A stretch of 56,972 bases of DNA, counting the filler, from Platydemus manokwari (lineage: Eukaryota): NCBI GenBank assembly GCA_037951405.1. It is 5 parts of 5 records of this genome, joined end to end, with 100 filler letters (N's around TTAATTAATTAA, not from the genome) between each part and the next. Parts side by side here need not be neighbours in the genome. Positions count along the whole stretch, not along the records: positions 9,241 to 20,071 come from JBBMOY011102442.1; positions 20,172 to 36,495 come from JBBMOY011188099.1; 3 more parts are not named here. One strand, 5' to 3'. Positions 12,911 to 25,999 of the stretch are shown in pieces. Below the pieces are notes generated by a model. That model saw only the letters and a program-made list of their open reading frames with translations. It searched no databases and was not told the DNA's origin. A program made the translations under genes and the position numbers. Positions within the stretch are counted from its first letter, which is position 1, and each line of letters begins with the position of its first letter.

Positions 12911-15900
12911 TTTATAATTTTTTTTTAATATTACTTTTTATGCTTTTAATTCTGTTTCGATTGTCATAATTGGTTGTTAAATTGTTTATCATCGTTTTAG
13001 ATTTCACTTAAGATCTTAATATGCATTTCTTTTTTCGTAATTTCTTTAGTTTACTTTACAAATATCGATCGAACTACTTATCTAATATGTGATTCGAAAT
13101 GGTCAGAATTATGGTAATAATCTGTCAAGAAGACAAATATGAGAAATCATGCAATAATTCAAATCTTTCCCAAATTACTGGTCATATCACTCAATTTAAA
13201 TCAGTATGTTGGGTGTAAGATGCCGAATCTTACAAGAACAAGTTATTATTATTCGATACAACATTAAATTCAATATAAAACTTAGTTCAATATAAATTCA
13301 ATTCTATACTAATTCAAATTAAATTCAATTTGATATTCTCACAAATATCATAACAGTTGTAGGAAAAGGTAAATGACTGAGTTTTTAATTAGTATGTTTA
13401 AGTAATTGATAAAATATAGCATAATTCTGAATTACAAGTCAATGGTGTCAAATTCATTTCTCAGCCCTACGAAGAGAAATAATATTTTAATCCTTATATT
13501 CATAATTATCGTTTTATTAAAAATAAATCTATTTCCAAATCACCATTATTATCTAATCTAATTGTTTAATATCAAATCAAGTGTTCCATAATCAAATACT
13601 TTAAGATTAAAGTGAAGCCTCAGACAACTCACTCGCTACAATTAATTAAGAAAAAATCAATTTATGATTTCCAGGTAATAAGTATTTTAATGTAAAATTA
13701 ATTTATAATAAACTAATCAAAGAATCGAAATAAATTTGAAATTTATTCCTAACTTTGATTTATTTGTAAATAAAATAATTATAAGACAAATCTTATCTTA
13801 CTAGTAAATAAGGTTTTAATAAATCTCGAAATCTACCAGATGTATATATACAGGGGGGTCACTAGAAAAGCGGAAAAATTGTCAAACCGCTATTTATTTT
13901 TACAAAGAATAAATTTCACAAAGTTTTTCAAAGGCATATGTTATATTACACTGATAGATGCTCAAAGTTTGCCAGCAGGTAATTAGTGTTGTATTTTAAA
14001 ATCTAACAATAATTAAAAATACGTCAAAAATAGTTTAGGAAAAATAGAAAATGTCAAATTATGAAAAGTCAAACAAAAATATTATAAGTACAAGAATTAG
14101 TTATTAATTTTGGTTATATAAAATATACGAGTAATACAGGTTAACCATTTCATTTATAGATTTTAAAAGTAATATTTACAAAATTTATTTAATTAATTTA
14201 TTTAATTCATAATATCTAAATGCTTAAATTAATTGTTGTTATTAATATTTTAAAATATCAGATTGTTAATATTTATTAAACTATAAGTAAATATACGTTT
14301 TAACAATAAATCTACATACTTATTATCAGTGATGTTTTACTTTTTTAAAAATTATTTAGAACTCAATAATAAAATATGTGAGTTCCATCTATAAGTTACT
14401 ATTAATTTAAATATCATTATAATCTAATAAATTATAAAATTATTTGTTGACTTAAATAAACGTGATGGCTCAATTTGAAAATAAATTTATATCTAAAAAT
14501 ATTTTTAAAAAGTAGAATTAAAAATGATCCAAATGTTTTAATTTTAAATACCAATGTTTCAATTTTGAAACTCGGTTTAAATACAACAATTTTTGATATT
14601 TCATTAAAAAAAATTATCCTGATAACATAGAGTCGAACGGCCATAAAGAAGCGATTTGTTTTCCAATTTCTAATCTCATCTCATTCGAAAATTTTGATTG
14701 CATTGAAAACTGATTTTGTTAAATGTAAATAATTAATAAATTTATCAACAAAATAACAAGATTTTAAATATATGCACGTAATTTTTTTTAATAAATTCCA
14801 CTTTCAAATTATTTTGATATTATTTATATATGACGATATTTGACATAGTATTTAATAAGTTGTTCATAAATTGGTTTGATTTGAATACAGTGGCGAGCTC
14901 TTCCTACATTTTTCGTAATATAATTCTATGAAGCTTATTGATGTTTTATTCTAAATTAATATCAACTGTTGTTGACATTATTATCAAGTGGTAATTAATT
15001 AAGAATTTCATAATTAAATTAATGTGGTAAAACAAAACTTTTCCATTGCTTTTCTGAATTATTTAAATTATTTATTTTGATTTTGATTGTAACGAACAGA
15101 AATAAATTTTCCAAAAAACACTTTCCAAAGAATAATCTTATTGCAAATGTCAAATCAAAGCTCGTTAATTATTAATCTTACAACGTACCTAACATTTGAT
15201 CTCAATAATTGAAAACTAATTATCCGAAGTTTCTTATGTTTTTAGCTTTTGTTATTTGAGAATACTATATAATTATTAAAGAAGAAATCAATTAAGGAAA
15301 TTACATTTTCCATTATTTTGTTATTATATAAAAAGTATTCCATTGCGTGCTTAATGATGAATAAAAAGTTTACATTATTTTTTTAAAGTATGAGATTTTT
15401 AGGTAAACTCTAACTAAAAAAATCATTCAAAAAATAAAATACGCAAAGTCAGATTAAGCATCATAAATAACGGATAATGTAATAATTAGAAATTCACATT
15501 ATCATACAAAACAGGAAGAAAAAGACATGGAACAAGATTGATTGTACAACATAAAATCGATTATGATATACTGAAACGAAAACTAAAATTCTAAGTGAAT
15601 GGATAATTTCCAAAAGTGAATATATCCACTGACGAGCAATATGATATTATAAATTTTTGTGCGTCTGCTTACTGACTGCCCTTAGTTTAGGTAACCTTTA
15701 TTATTTGTCATTTATTTCATGATTTTCTGACAACCGGTCTTTATGGTTGTTATCTTTCTCGATATTTAACTTTAGGGTACCGATCCCGCCTTCCATTGAT
15801 TATTTAGTGTGATTTTGGACTGTAATTACTGACGATTTGGTTTTTTAAATTATTGTGATCTTTATTTATCAATTGTAGTATTTAGCGAAATAATCGTAAC

Positions 15901-16394
15901 AGTAGAAAACATGTAAAAATTGTATATTCATTAATCACATAATTTTTTTGAGCTTTAATTGTTATTTCATTCAAATCGATCAATGTGACACGGAATTTAA
16001 CTATGTCATCCGAGTTCTAATCATTATTCACAATCCGGAGAATCCCCAACAATAATATTGTCATAGCTTCAGTGTTATTTATGAAATATTAAAATAAAGT
16101 ATTGATATTCTCTATGACTCAGTTAAATAAAACGTTAGATGTGTGATAAATCTTATTACTATAAGAATGACTCTATGACCATTATATTAAGATTATTATT
16201 TCCATTGCTTTCAATTGTAGTCACTTAATGCATACTTGTGAACGGTGTTTTATAAAAAATATTATTGTGTCGAACCTATTTTAATATAAAATAAAATAAC
16301 TTCTCGAATTTAATCTCAATTTTCTTTTCTGCATCTGATTCCTATCTACATTTCAAGCTCACATCATGAATAATAGCGACCACTTGTTGTTAAA

Positions 16395-16560
16395 AGTATA
16401 TGTATTACAACATTTTATTTAATGAAGCACAGCAGTAATGACACTAAAACATGGACTTCGTACCTCCTATTAACATGGAACTATCAACTCTGAAACACGT
16501 TTTCAGCCTCCTAACTAATTTTACATGACATATACGAACGGTATGGTTTGATCTGCACTA
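16395..16560 (+). pseudogene. Possible degraded F5/8 type C (discoidin) domain fragment
   Basis: Pieces CITTFYL / HSSNDTKTWTSY / KHVFSLLTNFT*HIRTVW resemble the discoidin pattern 'VtsykixySnDgktW' and 'FxpPixaRyiRi'; frameshifted. Confidence 0.3.
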
Positions 16561-18499
16561 AAAAAAATTCCAAAAACGCAATGAACTAATTTACTTTAAT
16601 TTCACAACTATTTAACTAATCGAGTTGCAAATAAAATTACAACAAGTTAAACTTAATTTCCTGTCTGTATAGATTCCGGTTGAAATCTCATTTTGCAGTT
16701 TTTACCAATCTTTAAATACCATTACTCTACACATATATACACTCCATTCGTTGTTTTTAATAGCAAATTAACTAATATTCATCACACTCACATAATTTAT
16801 TACTAAATAAAAATGCTAACTCCTAATTTTATGGATTTATTAGTCATTTACTATTTGTTGCCTAAATTGATTATTATATTATTAAGCATTATTATATCCT
16901 AAAATAGTTTAAAAATTTTATTTTATTTGCCGGATTTATATCTTTATTTCAATGTTTTAGAAAAGTAACTTTCGTTTATAATTATTTCAGTTAGATTTAT
17001 TTTATAACATATTATGTTTTACCTTTTAATTATTTTATGGCTACTTACACTAGCCCAATCAAAGTCAATATATAATTAAAGACTTTTTTCGGTGATTTTT
17101 ACACGACTATACAAGTCCTGATTTCATTAACTGACACCTTAATGTCCCTTTTTTATTTTAATGCGAACACTTTAGCTTTGTCCAGCAGAACTAGAAATAT
17201 AATTTATTCTAGAACAAAAATAAGGCTTCCTATATTTCCCAGAGTTATAGTGAGCTTCACTTGAAATAAATTATATTTATTTAAGTAAAATTTTATATAT
17301 CTGCTAATGGTAAATTATGAAAACATTTTTACATGACTTTTTTGCAATGACATTATGTGAAAAATTGTATTGCACTTAATTATTAAAAATAGAATATAAA
17401 TCCTGGAATTTATAAGAGAAAAAAATCGTGACTTAATTTGAGGAGGAAACAAGGATGTCGTTGACACACAAGTTTTGATAGTCATCTTCAAACTATAATT
17501 GAGAGACATTTTCCATCCGTTATTCAATTACGAGCAAGTGTTTTTTCATTGTTTGTAGTGGGTTTGTCTGAAATATTTTCGATGTAATGTGCTCTTATAT
17601 TTGTATTTGACTAAATTGGTTTTGTCTATAAACAGATTCACGAACTTTAATACTTCGTTTTTTCTCTAAAAATGTTGAATTTCGTTTTTGACAAAACCAT
17701 TTAAGAAAAGTTACTATTTAGTATATAATTGATATAATAATAATGGGAAAGTTAATTTTTTTTATCAATGCAACATTTATTATCGAATAGCAAGTTATAA
17801 AAAGATTTATTATTCACATTTGGCCCGTCAGTTAATCCTTTGTATATTATAGGAATTAATAGACAAAAATTACTTGTATCCATCATATTGTTATTGATTA
17901 AAAAATCTATAATTTATTATTTCTTCTAATATCTCTAAATATGGATGCTGAAGTTGTTTTAAATATCTATGTATAGCTTTTTCTGATTACGGAAACTATA
18001 TGTTTGGATAATCTTCGGCTGATCGATGAAAATAATTCGAGCTGTTGAATTTTCAAAAAATATATTTTGGTCTAATGGATGAGATTTCATTGCAAATTGT
18101 TAGCCGCCTTAGTTGATATTTAATTTTACAATAAAAGTTCGTTATTTTTAAAACTCATCAGAAACTCCTTAAATTAATTCAACAGATGAGCTCATAAAGT
18201 CATCTGAAATCAAAAATCCGTTTGATGACAAAATACTTTTATGTAATTCAACATTATTTTTACCCAATGGTTAAATAACGAAATTAGTATTAAAAAAATA
18301 AATGGGAACCCGTTCATATGGCCTATTATATATTTTAAAATTTAATTTATTATAATAATTAATCAGTAAATTACATTTTTTATCTTTCCAACAGGCTGAT
18401 TCTAATTCACATTTTACCTTTATCAACACTTCTAATTACTTAGTTTTATCCTTGATCAATTCGCTTTGTTTCGAAATATGCTGATTTAATAGCTCAAAT

Positions 18500-19200
18500 C
18501 TGCTTTTAAGTTTAATTCTGAATCCTGACTGAATTCGTTTAATATTTATGCTATTTCCAATATGTTGGCTGATTCCTGATTTAATGTATTAATTCAAGAT
18601 TTTACTCTTAAAAATACGTTAAAAATTATCTCCTATTTTCTTCGCATTGATTTACCGACTATTATTAAGGATATATCGACGCCAAATCTGTTGAACCTGT
18701 ATCACAAAGCATGCTAGGATTCTTCTTAGCTATTTTAATGCAGGAAAGACCATTTCTTGCCTAAGATGTCTTCGACGTCGAAGTCTTCTTCATTTTATCC
18801 ATTAATCTACATTAGGAGAGTCTGTTTGCTTTTAATTACTGTATACTGTGCGTACCTATCAATGCTTTTTCGATTCTCCAATTTCGTGATAAAACAACTT
18901 TGTAAATTATTTTTATAAGTCTTTCAACAGTTTGCAACTCCAAGTCTGATTTCATTGTTGACACATGAATTCCATATAATTTCATGATTCACTGATTCTA
19001 TAGTTTTACTCCACCATATCCTTCACTTTCAGAGCTTTTCAGCGATTTTAATGCTTCATTTAGAGTTACTTCCCATTTTTTACTTCTCATTTTTTACTTT
19101 CATTACTTATTGTCCGACTATCCTGTTTTCCTTAAATACTTGCTTATAATCAGCCCATGAAGAGATAGCTGAATGATGGACTCCTCCACACTGCAAGAAA
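18500..19200 (-). mobile_element. Degraded non-LTR (LINE) RT fragment
   Basis: Minus-strand pieces EVTLNEALKSLKSSESEGYGGV (like 'EVxxAlxxlKxxKaxGxDgi'), ING*NEEDFDV and ILNEFSQDSELNL; many stops. Confidence 0.45.
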
Positions 19201-19925
19201 TCAATTTTAACAAATTTTCAAATTATAATTTACAAATGTACTATTATTTCATTAAAACCTTGAAAATTGAATACTCAGAAGTGTGTGAAGATTGGAAATT
19301 GACTTGTCTACTTGAATTTTTTTAAGAATTAGAATTGTATTAAAAGTTTGAGAATTTCTGGAAAATTAAATATTTTTACATTTGACTCTCATGAAAAGGT
19401 TATTTTTATTGTATACTTGGGGTATGGAGATTTTTCATTTCCATTTATTTAGATCCACATTTCCATTGACATAACTCTAATTATAATTGCATGTAAATAA
19501 AATTCACTATACTTTATTTTTCTAATCTTTTGTCGCAATCTGACTCAAATCGGTAGTATCATTTGAGCTGGATAACAATCGACTGTAACAATAGTTAATT
19601 AATTTGTATATAATTTTTGAACGTTCGTAAAAATATGTTTGTAATTTGTATTTTGTGACTCGCAACTATCGTGACTATTAAATAATTAAAATCCATTTGG
19701 TTCTCAACTCAAATCTACAGACTTCTACTCAATCTTAAGGCGATCAGATGCACTTATTTGATTATCAATTTAAAATTCTTTAGATAATCTCTAAATACCT
19801 GGAGTATAGTCCTCATTTCACAAAGATACAGAGTAGAATGAAATAAATAACCACAAGTTATTTAATAATTGTTTCTATGACTAGTGATAATTTACGGTAA
19901 TACTAATGATAAAAACAATGACCGT

Positions 19926-19980
19926 TGAAGGTCGCTACAATTTTATGAAAATGACACATTGAAAACGAACTGAAAAGTCA
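19926..19980 (+). repeat. Partial copy of the LTR-like repeat
   Basis: gtcgctacaattttatgaaaatgacacattgaaaacgaactgaaaagtca matches 11045-11090. Confidence 0.55.
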
Positions 19981-20071
19981 TTATATTGGATTTTAATTAT
20001 ACCAGGTTGAGTCAAAAGTTATTCATGTTTTTATGCAGGTATTTTATTAACACAAATTGTTATAACGCTGA

Positions 20072-20171
20072 NNNNNNNNNNNNNNNNNNNNNNNNNNNNN
20101 NNNNNNNNNNNNNNNTTAATTAATTAANNNNNNNNNNNNNNNNNNNNNNNNNNNNNNNNNNNNNNNNNNNN
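20072..20171. other. Artificial contig-joining spacer
   Basis: N44-TTAATTAATTAA-N44. Confidence 0.95.
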
Positions 20172-21159
20172 GTTTGTAGTGTTTGCTTTGTACATTTCAA
20201 ATATATATTTAGTTTTGAAAATAAATCTCTAATATTTAAAATAATCAAGAGGCAAATTGGTGTCCCGACTTATGAGTAAAGCTTTAAAATTAAATTTTTA
20301 AAAAAATATTTAAGCTAAAAATTCTCGCAATCATTGTAAACATTGAAGAAGACCGATTTAAAACAAGGCTTGTTGTTATCAATTCTGTAAAAGCTGATTA
20401 AGCTAAAGAGTTTATATTTCGGCAACATAAAAGCCTACAACTTGATAACCACCATTTAACTAAATATTACAATCCTCGGAGAGACTTAGGATTTAAGCCT
20501 GTGTATATTATCATTTATTATTCTGAAAGAACACGGATTGTATTGTTGTTAGGATCGATAACGATAATATACAATTTTTTTATTCAAAATTAATTTGATA
20601 TTCACTAGTAATTATAAAATGTAGAAGAACATGTTAATATTCTCGAATTACTTTATTTTTTAATTAATCATCATACTTAATTAATCAAACGAAATTCTGT
20701 TTATATAAGATACAAAACATAGATATAAAGTAACATCACTCATGACACAGAGATTCAAAATTTCCAGTGTACTCACAATAAACAAATCATGAGTGTAAGC
20801 ATGGGAAAATCCCCTCCACGTTAGATCCAACTTTGATAAAAAACAATTGCATGACAATTTATCGTCATTTTGGCCCATCAGCTTATCAGTCACATGTACG
20901 ACAATATCGACAAGTCTTCCATACAAGATATGGTAATCACGTTCAGGAAAAAATGCTTACATGACAGGCCAAATATCACAAAGAAATTGTGATAGTTTAG
21001 TGACAATACTAAAGAAAAACTTACGTTAGCCTGATGAAAGTTGTTTATATTCAGGTGCATAGATAAGAAATAAAAGTTCACGTGAATATAGCAAGTGATC
21101 GTAATTTGATTGACGATCTTGGCTCTTTTCACAAAGTTCAGCGAAAAAGTTAATTGATT

Positions 21160-21760
21160 GAGATTTTCAAATTGACATACAGGCAACATTTACAATCACC
21201 TGTTATTATCCTGGAAATGAGAAATCTTGCTGCACAGCAGACTGATGACAAACAAGTAAAGATGCATTAATCAGAGTACGTTAATTTTTGTGACTTTCTT
21301 TGAAAATGTGAGGTATCCATGATCCATGATTTTGAGGTTCTTCACATTTTTTAGAGATGTATAGAAAAAGTGGTAAAATTACAAACTATGGCTTTTCCAA
21401 GTGCTCATGTCGATTGACATGGATTATCATTAATCAATTGGTTCAAATGATCTTCACCAAAGTCACTATGTCGACTCTATATCAAAATTTCCAATATTGC
21501 ATTTAGAAACTCACTTTCGTGATATTAGTTCACTATTAGCCTTTTCTCCATAAACACACTAAATCATACTGGTGGCTTCTGCAGCGTTTAAATGTTTATC
21601 AAAATAGAAAAGGAGTAGATGCATGAAATGTTCATTTTGATCTACCAAAAATTGGATTTTAATGAGAGCAATATAAGTGAAAGTTAGTTTGAAATGATTT
21701 AAATAGCTAATTAATCTGAATGAACACAAGTCAAATCAGTTAAAACAGGAAGTTGTGTTA
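21160..21760 (-). mobile_element. Second mariner copy (same family as 3382-4089), 5' half, pseudogenised
   Basis: The 5' UTR aligns with 3435-3530. Translation VDQNEHFMHLLLFYFDKHLNAAEA...GSWIPHIF (WVPHEL motif)...RIITGDCKCCLYVN (TGDEKW motif) has stops and frameshifts. Confidence 0.85.
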
Positions 21761-21999
21761 CAAGATTTATTTAAATACAAATTTGTTGGGTTATGCTGAA
21801 TTGATTTTAACCTGCGTGGGAAAGCTTCAATCCTTGACTTCATTGAGACAGTAGATGCAGAGTCTGTTTCAATTTTGCTTTCTTCCTTTACTCATCTCGC
21901 TTTTCTATGGATAGGGATTTTCTGTTATTTTGCAGTTTAAGTAAATTTTATCTCAAAATCATTTATTATTTACATAATTTTTCAAGATCAATGGCACCA

Positions 22000-22450
22000 A
22001 TCCAGTGTAGGGGAGCGTTCACAACTCGAATAATGTCCAAGATCTACTTTTCTCATAGGCCGGCTAGACTCCATTGGAAACATTTCAAACACTAATCTTG
22101 CTAGACCCCTTCTCAACCTTTCGATTAATTGTCAGAAGTGAAGTCATACGTAAATTGAAATGTTGGCGATACTTCATTGCTGATGATATTGTACTGCTCA
22201 TTGCATTTACAACTGATAAATGGCAGCAATATTTTTTTTCGCAATTATTGTATGTTGGAAGCACGCCAAGTTCGCAATTTAATTTAAAAATTCTAGTTAA
22301 GCCTTCTAACGAGAACCATGCAATGCATGTCTATGATACTCAATGATTTCAGTCCAGCTTTGTACAGTCAATTTTGCAACAAATATCGTAATAAAGTTCA
22401 AACGCTCTAAGTAATGTCAATAGAAGGATCTTTCAAAAAGGGATTGCCAA
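22000..22450 (+). mobile_element. Degraded LINE RT fragment
   Basis: ORF 22074..22346 contains YFIADDIVLLIAFTTDKWQQ, like the RT '(Y/F)ADDivllaxsxxeLQ' motif. Confidence 0.4.
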
Positions 22451-22899
22451 TATTTCTTCGTCGCTTAACTTGTGTGAAAGTAAAATGGTCATTTTTCTGA
22501 TTACAATCACTGGTCTTAAGTATGTTAACTGCTAGTATCTGTCTTAAAATCTTGATGAAACCAAGATTTAGATAATGAATTAAATCTTCAATCTAGTGCT
22601 TCCGTCTAATTAACACATGCTCTTCGTGATCACTGACCTCTCGTGCTGAACGTATTATCTCCTAAACCCCATTACTGGTTTAAGTAACCAAGACTTGTCG
22701 ATAATGTAGGGTGAATCTACGATATAAGAAGTTTCGGGACATGACGCAGACTTGTTATGCGCATGATGTTTATGTATCAAGGCTTTATAATAACGTACTA
22801 CATTTATAACTAATGATTGTGTTGCACTTCACACAGTTATCAACTTGAAGAGGTTCTGTGATGTTTTACAATCATTTATGAAATTTCGTTATAAGGCAA

Positions 22900-23300
22900 G
22901 TACTATTGACCTCCTTAGCGAGAAAGGGGTGTCGGGAGTTTATTTTTGCATTTAGAAAGTCACGAATGAAGTCTTTTTGTCATATATACCAATGAGACAT
23001 TCAAAGTTAAGCTGTAGGCTTTGATTCTATTTCGGTCTAAGGAACGCTCGCAAATTGCAAGGTAGCCTTAATTTAGAGGCAATGTTCAAAACCAATCGAT
23101 ATGCGACGATTGAGGTAATTTTCATTCACGGTAATTATATGAAAGGTGGATCTAAGATGCAGATAATATTGTGGCATTAGCCAGATCTATTGACCATTTG
23201 CAGACGTTGTTAGACATGGCAACTTTGAGTTCTAGCCACAACAATGTTTCATACATTGTGCCCCTATAGGAATGACAGTGCATTGGAATTGAAGGTCAAC
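22900..23300 (+). mobile_element. Degraded LINE RT fragment
   Basis: DADNIVALARSIDHLQTLLDMA (~23156-23221) matches the YADD-xx-LQ region of non-LTR RT. Confidence 0.5.
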
Positions 23301-24136
23301 CTGCAGAAAATTGATTTTAAGATTTGATAACATTTTATATTTCAAAATCAATTTCAATATCTTTAATAAGTTCTTGCTTTTCAATTTTTTCGTATATTGC
23401 TTAAAAGTGTCATAGTGGGTATGTGCTTTTCTCCTCATTGCATTTCGTCAAACTGCTATTTATTTTTACAAAGAATTACTTTTACAGTTGTAGAGAAACT
23501 TGTTTCATTTAACATATCAAATGATGTTTTCCTTGAACTCTTTTCTTAGCTCAATACATTCTGCACAGATTTACTGATAGACTCTAAAGAACTTTGAGAT
23601 CATCCTAATTAATCTGTAAATTTTATGCAACCAGAAATAAACGAAACACACATTTCTTCAGTTAAAGGCAATAAATTCATTGTCTTATGTTTAGTTTTTC
23701 TTGCAATTTCTTTTATTATTAAATGAAAATCATATTTAGATCATTTATGAAATTAAAGTAAAAAAAATTTCTTGCTCATAAAATCAAGATTGACAAATTA
23801 CTCCCCTATAATTTTCTATTTTAGATAATAATGTTGTTCTCCCCGACTTTATAAGTTTTATGGCTTTCCGAAACAGATTCCAAAAATATTTTATTACAAT
23901 AAATACATTTAGTATTGTTATTAAAATCATTTTAATTTTCCTCCGTTATTCTAATTTGAAAACTAAATTTTAAATATTTTTAACAAATCTATCTTCATTG
24001 TCCGTTTTACATTTCTTCTACTATCCAGCATTGTTCTTTAAATAATTTCTCTCTACTTTTCTTTAAATCTTGATATTTTGAAATTGATTTTAAGCAAGTA
24101 TACAATCGAAATTTGATTACATAAAACTTTTTCTAT

Positions 24137-24338
24137 TGTGAGATATTTTATATGAATTAAATTTTAAATTCACATTAATTCAAATTTTATTCACATGTAA
24201 TTCTAATTTTATTAAAATAATTATATTAGTATAAAAAAGAAATTATTTGTTTAAATATTTGTATTGAAATAAATTTTTTGTGTCTTGACTTTCCGGTTCG
24301 TTTTTAATGTGTAGTTTTGAAAATAGTAGCGGTTAACA
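24137..24338 (-). mobile_element. Solo-LTR-like copy (about 200 bp, TG...CA)
   Basis: The reverse complement starts TGTTAACCGCTAC and ends ...ATCTCACA, the same termini as 11039-11206; no clear TSD. Confidence 0.6.
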
Positions 24339-24399
24339 TGACAACGACGCATCTGGATTCAATTCTGAAAAGATCAAAGACTAAAAATTATAGAAAAGA

Positions 24400-24545
24400 G
24401 GGAAGATATTGAGACTATATTGAGAACATATAAAAGAAGATATAAAAGAAGATATAAAGGCGATATAAAGTAAACATAAAGGGGATATACAGGAGATGTA
24501 AAGAAGATATAATGGAGATGACAAAAAAGATGTTAAAAGATAGAA
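24400..24545 (+). repeat. Degenerate 11-12-bp purine-rich minisatellite (ataaaagaagat-like)
   Basis: ataaaagaagat ataaaagaagat ataaaggcgat ataaagtaaac ataaaggggat ... visible directly. Confidence 0.6.
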
Positions 24546-24599
24546 GAATTAGAGTTTTTATTTAATAAAATATGTAGATGTTTCAACACATAGACAATT

Positions 24600-25420
24600 C
24601 ACAAAATCAAAGATTTTTAATGAAAGGTGGATTTGAGATATTTTAAATCAGCTGCTAATAAGAAATGCATTATAATTTAATTCATACATGATGGGTTATT
24701 TCCTCGACTTATCAATATGTAAATGAGGTATATATTTTATTTGTCTTTCGTTTTAAATTTCTTTCAATCCATAAACACTTATTTTTATCAAAGTTTTTTA
24801 TTATATCGATTGAAGTTCTGCAATAATATATTATTTCAAACAAATGCTGAAGGTGAATAAATATTTGCATCTATTATATTTATTTCAAGAATATTAATTT
24901 TTATATTTCCTATTTTAAACTTGTCTTACACCACCGCCACAAACCTTTAATAAGTTTTGCGATAAATCAATAATTGTCTCCACTCAATGATTTTCATTAC
25001 CGTTATCTAATCCAATATTAAAAAATCCACAATTATTGTTGATATTTTGTAACAAACTTATTTGTTGATACATGGCAATATACACTTGTTTTATTGATAA
25101 ATTCGGAGCATAATTGATGTTCAATTTATTACTGACACTCGATATTTTATTCACACAATTTGCACGAGAATAATGGGTTATCTGAAAAATATAATTTCCA
25201 TTCCAAAATCGATTTTAAAAATAATTTGAATTGTTTCATATTTCGTAATAAAATAAAAAAAAATTTAATTCGAGAATGCTATAAATGAAATAGTGCTGGA
25301 TTCGTTAAATTATGAGCCATGATTTTATCAAATAACAATATTGATTACCTAATCACCACTAATATCATTTATCCAGTCGATAAAGGATATTACAGAATCA
25401 GAAACAGTCAATACTTAAAT
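24600..25420 (-). pseudogene. Possible decayed Ulp1/SENP-like (clan CE) protease remnant
   Basis: Minus-strand pieces in the expected order: DWINDISGD*VIN (like WLNDEVIN), CGFFNIGLDNGNENH*VETIIDL (like N..GxHWV..iD, with TGA for TGG) and NL*FCELSMC (weakly like DCGvf). Confidence 0.35.
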
Positions 25421-25999
25421 ATATTTTTTCAAACAGAGTAATTTTTGAGTGTCGGTATCAATACAAGAAAATTCGATATATGTTTAGATATAATCAGGGT
25501 AAATTAAACGACAATATAAAAAGCTATAATCAAGTTCAAAATACAAAACTAAAAAGGTAGACAAATTGTATGTCTGATTATTTAAATTTTTCATATATAA
25601 AGGGCATAATTGTTTCTGAAAATCCTTGCGATGAGTGAAACATTTTTCGAATATTAAATATCAAAATAAAAATTTATAAATTAAAAAATCCTCATAATAT
25701 TTTAGTGTTTAACGAATTCTAAATAGCATCTATCTCAGACAAGGTAATATTTTGGTATAAAATTATAAATGATATAATATTTTGTTATTTTGTTTAACTC
25801 AAAATGAAAGAGGTGGATCGCAGTAAATAATTTATTGTAATCCACTAATATAATTTTATTATCTTATTAATTAAAATTTCTCAGTTAACAAGATACAACA
25901 CATCATTCTATATAATCCAAATTCTGGGGATAATATTTTAAGGTTGGGATGAAATTTTTCAATATTTTATGTCGAATTATTATTGTCTTACAAAACAAT

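Noticed and set aside
13851-13895. TA-CAGGGGGGTCAC Tc1-like terminus (similar CAGGTTGAGTCAAAAG at ~20003)
   Set aside because: No matching opposite TIR or transposase found; lone ends cannot be supported as elements.
18115-18168. Minus-strand CTGATGA-gtt...aac-GAA hammerhead-like core
   Set aside because: GAAC instead of GAAA, weak AU-only stems, and it sits within a coding-like decayed frame.
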